In this document: piece by piece, positions 13,871-24,919 of the stretch
Layout: the number at the start of each line of letters is the position of its first letter
Position numbering within the stretch: the first letter of the stretch is position 1
Source of the DNA: Dendrobates tinctorius
Taxonomy: Eukaryota
Length of the DNA: 64,000 bases
Direction: 5' to 3'
Assembly: GCF_039654945.1 (NCBI RefSeq)
Contig: NW_027361723.1
Span: 3,038,001-3,102,000, forward strand
Translations under genes and position numbers: made by a program
The notes under the pieces: generated by a model
Seen by the model: only the letters and a program-made list of their open reading frames with translations
Database searches by the model: none
Told to the model about the DNA's origin: nothing

Positions 13871-14906
13871 TAGAGTTGAGCGAAACGGGTCTAAAAAATT
13901 CAAAAGTCCCCGACTTTTGGCAAAGTCGGGTTTCATGAAACGAAACCCGACCCTAGGATGAGGTCGGCGACTTACGCGCCAAAGTCGCGTTTCAAAAGTT
14001 TGTTTTGCGCTCTTTTTCAGCCAATCAGGATCCACGGACACTGTGGGCAACGTGATGACATAGGCAGGGGTCACCACCATCTTTCAGAAGGGCATGCAAG
14101 TGATTGGCTTGCTTTGGTGGGCGTCACAGGGGGTATAAAAGGGCGTGCACGCCGACCGCCATCTTACTTCTGCCGATCTCAGTATAGGGAGAGGTTGCTG
14201 ATTCTGTAGGGAGAGCGTTAGGCAGGGAAGAAGACAAAAAAAACTGCTTCTGCTGCTAGCGATTTTGCCTGCACAACACACCAGTCACTGTGTGTGCAGT
14301 GCAAGGGGAGGCTATATAGTGGTGTATCAGTGGTGTTGGTTGTTGGGCTGCCTTCTAAGGCTTCCAGACAGGCTGGCATTGCTGTTTACCCACTGCTCTG
14401 CAAACTGCTTTTTTAAAAGCATTCCAATCTCCCTTATCCTCTAGTCACTTTTGTCACAGCTGTGCCATTGAGCCTGTGACATAGCGCTCAGATATCAGTG
14501 GGCCTCACACAATCCAAAAGTGTCCAGTGTCCAAAAGTGTGTGCAGAAATTCAAAATCTCCCTTATCCTCTAGTCACTTTGGTCACAGCTGTGCCATCGA
14601 GCCTGTCACATAGCGCTCAGATATTCATTGGGCCTCACACAATACAAAAGTGTCCAGTGTCCAAAAGTGTCTGCAGAAATTCAAAATCTCCCTTATCCTC
14701 TAGTCACTTTGGTCACAGCTGTGCCATCGAGCCTGTCACATAGCGCTCAGATATTCATTGGGCCTCACACAATCCAAAAGTGTCCAGTGTCCAAAAGTTG
14801 TGCAGAGATTCAAAATCTCCCTTATCCTCTAGTCACTTTGGTCACAGCTGTGCCATCGAGCCTGTCACATAGCGCTCAGATATTCATTGGGCCTCACACA
14901 ATCTCA

Positions 14907-15185
14907 CACAAGGAAAGACTAGAAGCAATGGGATGAAACTGAATGGGAGGAGACACAGATTAGATATTAGAAAAAACTTTTTGACAGTTAGAGTGATCAA
15001 TGAGTGGAACAGGCTGCCACGAGAAGTGGTGAGTTCTCCTTCAATGGAAGTCTTCAAACAGAGGCTGGACAGACATCTGACTGGGATGATTTAGCGAATC
15101 CTGCTTTGAGCAGGGGGTTGGACCAGATGGCCCAGGAGGTCCCTTCCAACTCTACGATTCTATGATTCTATGATTCTATGATTCT
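14907..15185 (+). mobile_element. 5'-truncated CR1 (same family as 16140-20691)
   Basis: Near-identical to the reverse complement of 16140-16405. Ends GGTCCCTTCCAAC...(ATTCTATG)n. Confidence 0.95.
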
Positions 15186-16216
15186 AATCCAAAAGTGTCC
15201 AGTGTCCAAAAGTGTGTGCAGAGATTCAAAATCTCCCTTATCCTCTAGTCACTTTGGTCACAGCTGTGCCATCGAGCCTGTGACATAGCGCTCAGATATC
15301 AGTGGGCCTCACACAATCCAAAAGTGTCCAGTGTCCAAAAGTGTGTGCAGAGATTCAAAATCTCCCTTATCCTCTAGTCACTTTGGTCACAGCTGTGCCA
15401 TCGAGCCTGTCACATAGCGCTCAGATATTCATTGGGCCTCACACAATCCAAAAGTGTCCAGTGTCCAAAAGTGTGTGCAGAGATTCAAAATCTCCCTTAT
15501 CCTCTAGTCACTTTGGTCACAGCTGTGCCATCGAGCCTGTGACATAGCGCTCAGATATCAGTGGGCCTCACACAATCCAAAAGTGTCCAGTGTCCAAAAG
15601 TGTGTGCAGAGATTCAAAATCTCCCTTATCCTCTAGTCACTTTGGTCACAGCTGTGCCATCGAGCCTGTGACATAGCGCTCAGATACCAGTGGGCCTCAC
15701 ACAATCCAAAAGTGTCCAGTGTCCAAAAGTGTGTGCAGAGATTCAAAATCTCCCTTATCCTCTAGTCACTTTGGTCACAGCTGTGCCATCGAGCCTGTGA
15801 CATAGCGCTCAGATACCAGTGGGCCTCACACAATCCAAAAGTGTCCAGTGTCCAAAAGTGTGTGCAGAGATTCAAAATCTCCCTTATCCTCTAGTCACTT
15901 TGGTCACAGCTGTGCCATCGAGCCTGTCACATAGCGCTCAGATATTCATTGGGCCTCACACAATCCAAAAGTGTCCAGTGTCCAAAAGTGTGTGCAGAGA
16001 TTCAAAATCTCCCTTATCCTCTAGTCACTTTGGTCACAGCTGTGCCATCGAGCCTGTCACATAGCGCTCAGATATTCATTGGGCCTCACACCATCCAAGA
16101 GTGTCCAGTGTCCAAAAGTGTGTGCAGAGATTCAAAATCATAGAATCATAGAATCGTAGAGTTGGAAGGGACCTCCTGGGCCATCTGGTCCAACCCCCTG
16201 CTCAAAGCAGGATTCG

Positions 16217-18949
16217 CTAAATCATCCCAGTCAGATGTCTGTCCAGCCTCTGTTTGAAGACTTCCATTGAAGGAGAACTCACCACTTCTCGTGGCAGCCT
16301 GTTCCACTCATTGATCACTCTAACTGTCAAAAAGTTTTTTCTAATATCTAATCTGTGTCTCTTCCCATTCAGTTTCATCCCATTGCTTCTAGTCTTTCCT
16401 TGTGCAAATGAGAATAAAGTTGATTCTTCTACAATGTGACAGCCCTTTAGATATTTGTAGACAGCTATTAAGTCTCCTCTCAGTCTTCTCTTTTGCAAAC
16501 TAAACATTCCCAAATCCTGCAACCTTTCCTCATAAGACAGGGTTTGCAGACCGGTCACCATTCTGGTCGCTCTTTTCTGAACTTGCTCCAGTTTGTTGAT
16601 GTCTTTTTTAAAATGTGGTGCCCAAAACTGGACACAATATTCCAGATGAGGTCTGACCAAAGAGGAGTAGAGGGAAATAATGACTTCACGTGATCTAGAC
16701 TGTATGCTTCTGTTAATACATCCTAGAATTGCATTTGCCTTTTTTGCTGCTGCATCACACTGTTGACTCATATTCAGTCTGTGATCTATTAGTATACCCA
16801 AGTCTTTTTCACATGTGCTGTCACTTAGCCCTATTCCTCCCATTCTATATATGCTTTTTTCATTTTTATTGCCCAGATGTAGTACTTTGCATTTCTCCCT
16901 GTTAAAAACCATTCTGTTTGTTGCTGCCCACTTCTCCAGTTTATTTAAATCTTTTTGAATCCTCTCTCTCTCTTCTCTAGTATTAGCTATCCCTCCTAGC
17001 TTTGTGTCATCAGCAAATTTAATCAGTTTACCCTCAATTCCTTCATCTAAATCGTTGATAAAGATGTTGAACAATACAGGGCCCAGGACAGAGCCCTGTG
17101 GTACCCCACTTGAGACATTCTTCCAACTGGATGTGCAGCCATTTACGACCACTCTTTGGGTCCGATCACTAAGCCAGTTATGAATCCACCTAACAGTTGC
17201 CTTGTCCATTCCATACTTAGTCATTTTTTCAATAAGGATTGTATGAGAGACTTTGTCAAATGCTTTGCTGAAGTCAAGATATACTATATCTACAGCATTT
17301 CCTTGATCCACCCAATCAGTGATACCGTCATAGAAGGAAATTAAGTTAGTCTGACATGACTTATTAGTTAGAAACCCATGCTGACTCTGTTTAATCACTT
17401 CATTCTTATCCAGGTATTGACATACATGTTGTTTAATAATTTGTTCAAAGATCTTTCCTGGTATAGAAGTCAGACTCACCGGCCTATAGTTGCCTGGGTC
17501 CACCTTCTTCCCCTTTTTGAAGATAGGAACAACATTTGCTCTTCTCCAGTCTTCTGGCACTTCTCCTGTTCTCCAAGAATTTTCAAAGATTATGGAGAGG
17601 GGTTCAAAAATTTCTTCTGCTATCTCCTTCAGTACTCTGGGGTGTAATTCATCTGGACCTGGAGACTTGAATTCATTTAGGTTAGCTAAGTGTTTCCTCA
17701 CTATCTTTCTGTTTATAGATATCCTGGATTCTTCTATTCCCTTAATAGGACAGTGAATAACAGTTGATGTTGCATTTCCTTTCTGAGAGAAAACAGATGC
17801 AAAATAGGAATTTAAAAGTTCAGCCTTCTCAACATCCTGTCTTACCATTTCATCATTTTCATCCTGTAAAAATCCTATAGCATCTTTGACTTTTCTTTTA
17901 CTTTTGACATATCCCCAAAATCCTTTATTATTGCTTTTGACATCTCTTGCAAGCCTCAGTTCATTTTCAGCTTTAGCTAATCTGATTTGTGCCCTGCAGG
18001 TTCTGCAGACAGCATTATATTCTTCTTTAGATATGCCTCCCTCTTTCCAGTTTATAAACATTTTTTTCTTCCTTTTTAGCATGTGCTTAAGTTCTGTGTT
18101 CATCCATCCTGGTTTCCTTAAATGCTTCCTATTCTTCCCTCTTTTCGGAATTGTTAACAACTGTGCTTTGAGAATTTCATTTTTCAAGATTTCCCATCCT
18201 TCCTGGACATTTTTGTCTTTAAGGATATCCAGCCATTGGATCCCTCCAATTCTCTTTCTGAATCCCTTAAAATCTGCCTTTCTGAAATCTAACCTTGACG
18301 TCTGAGTCTTCACAGGTCTTCCACCTCTAGTTATCCAAAATTCTAAAATAGCATGGTCGCTACCTCCTAGGGTCCCAGCCACTTTTACCTCCTCAACCAT
18401 TTCCTCCCTGTTTATAAGGATTAGATCCAAGGTAGCAGTTCCCCTTGTTTTCTCCCCTACCTTTTGGAAGATAAAGTTGTCAGCAAGAGAGGATAAGAAT
18501 TTCCTTGACCTGTTAGTTTTGCCTGAGAGAGATTCCCAACAAATGTCTGGATAGTTGAAATCTCCCATGACAACTATGTCATATTTTTTGGAGAACTTGG
18601 CCATCTGATGCATAAAGAGTTCATCTATATCTTCGGCTTGCACAGGCGGCCTGTAGTAAATGCCTACAATGGTGTCCTTTCCATTGTTCCGTCCTTGTAT
18701 TCTTACCCAAACAGTTTCCACAGAACTTCCAGTCTCTGAAGCTTCAATCTCTGTGCAGATATACGCGTTTCGAACATACAATGCGACACCCCCTCCTCGT
18801 TTATCAAGTCTGTTTCTTGCAAATAAGTTGTATCCTTCTAGTCTTGTATTCCAATCATGTGTATTGTCCCACCAAGTTTCAGTGATTCCAATTACATCAT
18901 ATTTCTTTTCCTGTGTTAGTAGTTCCAATTCTCCTTGTTTGTTGCCCAT
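16217..18949 (-). CDS. CR1 ORF2: APE endonuclease plus reverse transcriptase
   Basis: ITETWW, MGDFNYP, LDLIL, SDH (APE); YRPVSLTS, YLDFSKAFDKV, GVPQGSVLGP, FADDTKL (RT). 910 aa uninterrupted; the frame stays open upstream through LKCFYTNAQS. Confidence 0.97.
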   Translation of the reverse strand: MGNKQGELELLTQEKKYDVIGITETWWDNTHDWNTRLEGYNLFARNRLDKRGGGVALYVRNAYICTEIEASETGSSVETVWVRIQGRNNGKDTIVGIYYRPPVQAEDIDELFMHQMAKFSKKYDIVVMGDFNYPDICWESLSGKTNRSRKFLSSLADNFIFQKVGEKTRGTATLDLILINREEMVEEVKVAGTLGGSDHAILEFWITRGGRPVKTQTSRLDFRKADFKGFRKRIGGIQWLDILKDKNVQEGWEILKNEILKAQLLTIPKRGKNRKHLRKPGWMNTELKHMLKRKKKMFINWKEGGISKEEYNAVCRTCRAQIRLAKAENELRLARDVKSNNKGFWGYVKSKRKVKDAIGFLQDENDEMVRQDVEKAELLNSYFASVFSQKGNATSTVIHCPIKGIEESRISINRKIVRKHLANLNEFKSPGPDELHPRVLKEIAEEIFEPLSIIFENSWRTGEVPEDWRRANVVPIFKKGKKVDPGNYRPVSLTSIPGKIFEQIIKQHVCQYLDKNEVIKQSQHGFLTNKSCQTNLISFYDGITDWVDQGNAVDIVYLDFSKAFDKVSHTILIEKMTKYGMDKATVRWIHNWLSDRTQRVVVNGCTSSWKNVSSGVPQGSVLGPVLFNIFINDLDEGIEGKLIKFADDTKLGGIANTREERERIQKDLNKLEKWAATNRMVFNREKCKVLHLGNKNEKSIYRMGGIGLSDSTCEKDLGILIDHRLNMSQQCDAAAKKANAILGCINRSIQSRSREVIISLYSSLVRPHLEYCVQFWAPHFKKDINKLEQVQKRATRMVTGLQTLSYEERLQDLGMFSLQKRRLRGDLIAVYKYLKGCHIVEESTLFSFAQGKTRSNGMKLNGKRHRLDIRKNFLTVRVINEWNRLPREVVSSPSMEVFKQRLDRHLTGMI

Positions 18950-19128
18950 GCTTTGTGCATTAGTATAGAAACATTTTAGTTTGTGATTGGTTTCTCTTTC
19001 TCCAATATTTTTATTAATTAGATTCTTTCGTCTTTGTTCTTCCTTTCCACTTCTAATAGCAGAGTTCTCAATAGCATTTGTCAGGTGTATGGCTTTTTCT
19101 GGTCTTTTGCTTCCCTTCCCATGTTGTT

Positions 19129-20091
19129 CTAGTTTAAAGCTCTCCTTACAAGTGTAGCAAGGCGACTTCCAAATACATGCTTTCCAGTCTTCGTAAGGTG
19201 CACCCCATCTCTAGCAAGTAGTCCATCGTATAAGTAGTTCACTCCGTGATCCAGAAATCCAAATCGTTGCTGACGGCACCATCGACGTAGCCAGTTGTTC
19301 ACCTGCAGAATCTTATTCCACCTCCTTGTTCCATGGCCATCCACTGGGAGGATGGAAGAGAAGACCACCTGCGCTCCCAGTTCTTTCACTTTCTTGCCTA
19401 AGTCTTCAAAGTCTCTGCAGATGGTTTCCAGGTCGTTTCTTGCGGTGTCATTTGTCCCCACATGTAGTAGCAGGAATGGGTAGTCATCTGTAGGTCTGAA
19501 GAGTCCTGATATCCTGTCAGACACATCTTTAATTTTTGCACCTGGAAGACAGCACATTTCTCTTGAAGTTATATCCGGTCTGCAGATAGCGGCCTCAGTT
19601 CCTCTCAGCAGGGAATCCCCCATGACCACCACTCTCCGTTTCTTCTTCACAACATTTTTCTTTCTCCATCCAGGAGGACTCTGAAGGCGTACAAGGTTGC
19701 TGTTTGTTGGCAAAGTCTTATCCTGATGTATTTCTTCATCGTTTTCCTGCGTGAGAGCCTGGTACTGGTTTCTGAGCAGTATGGGTGCTGACTGCCTCCT
19801 GATCCTCCTGCTTCTCTGGGTCACATGTCTCCATTCCTCTGTTTCTTCAGGTGCACTTCGAATTTCTTCTCTTTCTGTAACATGAAGAGATAATTCTGCT
19901 CTGTCCAAGAACTCTTCACCTTCCTTAATGATCTTCAACGTAGCTAACCTCTCTTCGAGATTTTGCAACTTTTCCTCCAACAGGGACACAAGCTTGCATT
20001 TGTGGCATGTGAAGTTTGGCTTTTCCACTGGTAAATCTGTGAACATGTAGCAAGAAATGCAGCTCACCAAATGGCTCCTGGCCTCTTCCAT
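19129..20091 (-). CDS. CR1 ORF1: zinc finger/leucine zipper plus SGNH esterase
   Basis: MEEARSHLVSCISCYM..CHKCKL, coiled coil, VVMGDSLLR (GDSL), HVGTND and DGVHL. Confidence 0.93.
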   Translation of the reverse strand: MEEARSHLVSCISCYMFTDLPVEKPNFTCHKCKLVSLLEEKLQNLEERLATLKIIKEGEEFLDRAELSLHVTEREEIRSAPEETEEWRHVTQRSRRIRRQSAPILLRNQYQALTQENDEEIHQDKTLPTNSNLVRLQSPPGWRKKNVVKKKRRVVVMGDSLLRGTEAAICRPDITSREMCCLPGAKIKDVSDRISGLFRPTDDYPFLLLHVGTNDTARNDLETICRDFEDLGKKVKELGAQVVFSSILPVDGHGTRRWNKILQVNNWLRRWCRQQRFGFLDHGVNYLYDGLLARDGVHLTKTGKHVFGSRLATLVRRALN

Positions 20092-20135
20092 CTTGAGATT
20101 TCTTAAAAACGATGAAAGATGAGCCAAACTTCGCG

Positions 20136-20691
20136 CGCCAAAACCCAGTGATCGTTGAGCTCGCGGAGACTCTTCACTTATCCCAGAAGGCACTGGGAAT
20201 ATGCAAATGATCTCCTCAAGACTCTTCCCCTGGTTTTCCGATTTCCTCTTTTCAGCTGCAACCGCCAAAACCCAGTGATCGTTGAGCTCGCGGAGACTCT
20301 TCACTTATCCCAGAAGGCACTGGGAATATGCAAATGATCTCCTCAAGACTCTTCCCCTGGTTTTCCGATTTCCTCTTTTCAGCTGCAACCGCCAAAACCC
20401 AGTGATCGTTGAGCTCACGGAGACTCTTCACTTATCCCAGAAGGCACTGGGAATATGCAAATGATCTCCTCAAGACTCTTCCCCTGGTTTTCCGATTTCC
20501 TCTTTTCAGCTGCAACCGCCAAAACCCAGTGATCGTTGAGCTCGCGGAGACTCTTCACTTATCCCAGAAGGCACTGGGAATATGCAAATGATCTCCTCAA
20601 GACTCTTCCCCTGGTTTTCCGATTTCCTCTTTTCAGCTGCAACCGCCAAAACCCAGTGATCGTTGAGCTCGCGGAGACTCTTCACTTATCC
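20136..20691 (-). repeat. 127-bp tandem monomers in the CR1 5' UTR (~4.3 copies); each complete unit carries the octamer ATGCAAAT
   Basis: Period 127 (20155, 20282, 20409, 20536, 20663). gggaatATGCAAATgatc is present in each full unit. Confidence 0.95.
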
Positions 20692-23600
20692 TCTAGTCAC
20701 TTTGGTCACAGCTGTGCCATCGAGCCTGTCACATAGCGCTCAGATATTCATTGGGCCTCACACAATCCAAAAGTGTCCAGTGTCCAAAAGTGTGTGCAGA
20801 GATTCAAAATCTCCCTTATCCTCTAGTCACTTTGGTCATAGCTGTGCCATCGAGCCTGTCACATAGCGCTCAGATATCAGTGGGCCTCACACAATCCAAA
20901 AGTGTCCAGTGTCCAAAAGTGTGTGCAGAGATTCAAAATCTCCCTTATCCTCTAGTCACTTTGGTCACAGATGTGCCATCGAGCCTGTGAAATAGCGCTC
21001 AGATACCAGTGGGCCTCACACAATCCAAAAGTGTCCAGTGTCCAAAAGTGTGTGCAGAGATTCAAAATCTCCCTTATCCTCTAGTCACTTTGGTCACAGC
21101 TGTGCCATCGAGCCTGTCACATAGCGCTCAGATATTCATTGGGCCTCACACAATCCAAAAGTGTCCAGTGTCCAAAAGTGTGTGCAGAGATTCAAAATCT
21201 CCCTTATCCTCTAGTCACTTTGGTCACAGCTGTGCCATCGAGCCTGTCACATAGCGCTCAGATATCAGTGGGCCTCACACAATCCAAAAGTGTCCAGTGT
21301 CCAAAAGTGTGTGCAGAGATTCAAAATCTCCCTTATCCTCTAGTCACTTTGGTCACAGCTGTGCCATCGAGCCTGTCACATAGCGCTCAGATATTCATTG
21401 GGCCTCACACAATCCAAAAGTGTCCAGTGTCCAAAAGTGTCTGCAGAAATTAAAAATCTCCCTTATCCTCTAGTCACTTTGGTCACAGCCGTGCCATCGA
21501 GCCTGTCACATAGCGCTCAGATATTCATTGGGCCTCACACAATCCAAAAGTGTCCAGTGTCCAAAAGTGTCTGCAGAAATTCAAAATCTCCCTTATCCTC
21601 TAGTCACTTTGGTCACAGCTGTGCCATCGAGCCTGTCACATAGCGCTCAGATATCAGTGGGCCTCACACAATCCAAAAGTGTCCAGTGTCCAAAAGTGTG
21701 TGCAGAGATTCAAAATCTCCCTTATCCTCTAGTCACTTTGGTCACAGCTGTGCCATCGAGCCTGTCACATAGCGCTCAGATATTCATTGTGCCTCACACA
21801 ATCCAAAAGTGTCCAGTGTCCAAATGTATGTGCAGAGATTCAAAATCTCCCATATCCTCTAGTCACTTTGGTCACAGCTGTGCCATCGAGCCTGTCACAT
21901 AGCGCTCAGATATTCATTGGGCCTCACACAATCCAAAAGTGTCCAGTGTCCAAAAGTGTGTGCAGAGATTCAAAATCTCCCTTATCCTCTAGTCACTTTG
22001 GTCACAGCTGTGCCATCGAGCCTGTCACATAGCGCTCAGATATTCATTGGGCCTCACACAATCCAAAAGTGTCCAGTGTCCAAAAGTGTGTGCAGAGATT
22101 CAAAATCTCCCTTATCCTCTAGTCACTTTGGTCACAGCTGTGCCATCGAGCCTGTCACATAGCGCTCAGATATCAGTGGGCCTCACACAATCCAAAAGTG
22201 TCCAGTGTCCAAAAGTGTGTGCAGAGATTCAAAATCTCCCTTATCCTCTAGTCACTTTGGTCACAGCTGTGCCATCGAGCCTGTCACATAGCGCTCAGAT
22301 ATTCATTGGGCCTCACACAATCCAAAAGTGTCCAGTGTCCAAAAGTGTCTGCAGAAATTCAAAATCTCCCTTATCCTCTAGTCACTATGGTCTCAGCTGT
22401 GCCATCGAGCCTGTGACATAGCGCTCAGATATCAGTGGGCCTCACACAATCCAAAAGTGTCCAGTGTCCAAAAGTGTGTGCAGAGATTCAAAATCTCCCT
22501 TATCCTCTAGTCACTTTGGTCACAGCTGTGCCATCGAGCCTGTCACATAGCGCTCAGATATTCATTGGGCCTCACACAATCCAAAAGTGTCCAGTGTCCA
22601 AAAGTGTCTGCAGAAATTCAAAATCTCCCTTATCCTCTAGTCACTTTGGTCACAGCCGTGCCATCGAGCCTGTCACATAGCGCTCAGATATTCATTGGGC
22701 CTCACACAATCCAAAAGTGTCCAGTGTCCAAAAGTGTGTGCAGAGATTCAAAATCTCCCTTATCCTCTAGTCACTTTTGTCACAGCTGTGCCATCGAGCC
22801 TGTGACATAGCGCTCAGATATCAGTGGGCCTCACACAATCCAAAAGTGTCCAGTGTCCAAAAGTGTGTGCAGAGATTCAAAATCTCCCTTATCCTCTAGT
22901 CACTTTGGTCACAGCTGTGCCATCGAGCCTGTCACATAGCGCTCAGATATTCATTGGGCCTCACACAATCCAAAAGTGTCCAGTGTCCAAAAGTGTGTGC
23001 AGAGATTCAAAATCTCCCTTATCCTCTAGTCACTTTGGTCACAGCTGTGCCATCGAGCCTGTCACATAGCGCTCAGATATCAGTGGGCCTCACACAATCC
23101 AAAAGTGTCCAGTGTCCAAAAGTGTGTGCAGAGATTCAAAATCTCCCTTATCCTCTAGTCACTTTGGTCACAGCTGTGCCATCGAGCGTGTCACATAGCG
23201 CTCAGATATTCATTGGGCCTCACACAATCCAAAAGTGTCCAGTGTCCAAAAGTGTGTGCAGAGATTCAAAATCTCCTTATCCTCTAGTCACTTTGGTCAC
23301 AGCTGTGCCATCGAGCCTGTGACATAGCGCTCAGATATCAGTGGGCCTCACACAATCCAAAAGTGTCCAGTGTCCAAAAGTGTGTGCAGAGATTCAAAAT
23401 CTCCCTTATCCTCTAGTCACTTTGGTCACAGCTGTGCCATCGAGCCTGTGACATAGCGCTCAGATATCAGTGGGTCTCACACAATCCAAAAGTGTCCAGT
23501 GTCCAAAAGTGTGTGCAGAGATTCAAAATCTCCCTTATCCTCTAGTCACTTTGGTCACAGCTGTGCCATCGAGCCTGTCACATAGCGCTCAGATATTTAT

Positions 23601-24919
23601 TGGGCCTCACACAATCCAAAAGTGTCCAGTGTCCAAAAGTGTCTGCAGAAATTCAAAATCTCCCTTATCCTCTAGTCACTATGGTCACAGCTGTGCCATC
23701 GAGCCTGTGACATAGCGCTCAGATATCAGTGGGCCTCACACAATCCAAAAGTGTCCAGTGTCCAAAAGTGTGTGCAGAGATTCAAAATCTCCCTTATCCT
23801 CTAGTCACTTTGGTCACAGCTGTGCCATCGAGCCTGTCACATAGCGCTCAGATATTCATTGGGCCTCACACAATCCAAAAGTGTCCAGTGTCCAAAAGTG
23901 TCTGCAGAAATTCAAAATCTCCCTTATCCTCTAGTCACTTTGGTCACAGCTGTGCCATCGAGCCTGTCACATAGCGCTCAGATATCAGTGGGCCTCACAC
24001 AATCCACAAGTGTCCAGTGTCCAAAAGTGTGCGCAGAGATTCAAAATCTCCATTATCCTCTCGTCACTTTGGTCACAGGCAGCTGTGCCATCGAGCGTGT
24101 CACATAGCGCTCAGATATCAGTGGGCCTCACACAATCCACAAGTGTCCAAAAGTGTGCGCAGAGATTCAAAATCTCCATTATCCTCTCGTCACTTTGGTC
24201 ACAGGCAGCTGTGCCATCGAGCGTGTCACATAGCGCTCAGATATCAGTGGGCCTCACACAATCCACAAGTGTCCAGTGTCCAAAAGTGTGCGCAGAGATT
24301 CAAAATCTCCATTATCCTCTTGTCACTTTGGTCACAGGCAGCTGTGCCATCGAGCGTGTCACATAGTGCTCAGATATCAGTGGGCCTCACACAATCCACA
24401 AGTGTCCAGTGTCCAAAAGTGTGCGCAGAGATTCAACATCTCCATTATCCTTTTGTGACTTTGGTCACAGGCAGCTGTGCCATCGAGCGTGTCACATAGT
24501 GCTCAGATATCAGTGGGCCTCACACAATCCACAAGTGTCCAGTGTCCAAAAGTGTGCGCAGAGATTCAAAATCTCCATTATCCTCTCGTCACTTTGGTCA
24601 CAGGCAGCTGTGCCATCGAGCGTGTCACATAGCGCTCAGATATCAGTGGGCCTCACACAATCCACAAGTGTCCAGTGTCCAAAAGTGTGCGCAGAGATTC
24701 AAAATCTCCATTATCCTCTCGTCACTTTGGTCACAGGCAGCTGTGCCATCGAGCCTGTCACATAGCGCTCAGATATCAGTGGGCCTTACACAATCCAAAA
24801 GTGTCCACTGTCCACAAGTGTGTGCAGAAATTCTAAATCTCCCCTGTCCTATAGACACCTTGTACCTTGTTTTACATTACTATATAGTTTGTTGGATTTT
24901 GTCTACATTTCTACCAAAA

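Larger units (their letters stand above)
16140..20691 (-). mobile_element. full-length or near-full-length CR1 LINE with both ORFs open
   Basis: 5' monomer array, ORF1, ORF2, and a 3' UTR with GGTCCCTTCCAAC and an (ATTCTATG) tail. Junction microhomologies AATC and CTTATCC; no TSD. Confidence 0.96.
14426..24850. repeat. 129/130-bp (133-bp at right end) tandem array inside element B, ~40+ units, interrupted by two CR1 insertions
   Basis: Unit aatctcccttatcctctagtcactttggtcacagctgtgccatcgagcctgtcacatagcgctcagatat(cagt/tcatt)gggcctcacacaatccaaaagtgtccagtgtccaaaagtgtgtgcagagattcaa. ORF-track starts recur every 129/130/133 bp. Confidence 0.97.

Noticed and set aside
14426-24850. CRISPR-like appearance and many short ORFs (MGLTQSKSVQCPK...) in the regular array
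   Set aside because: The units are contiguous near-identical tandem repeats with no unique spacers and no cas genes, in a eukaryotic context. The ORFs are by-products of the repeat.
24542-24919. N-terminal extension of transposase 1 into the satellite
   Set aside because: It starts at a GTG within repeat units. The ATG at 24920 (MRKAG) matches the start of transposase 2 (MKKAG).
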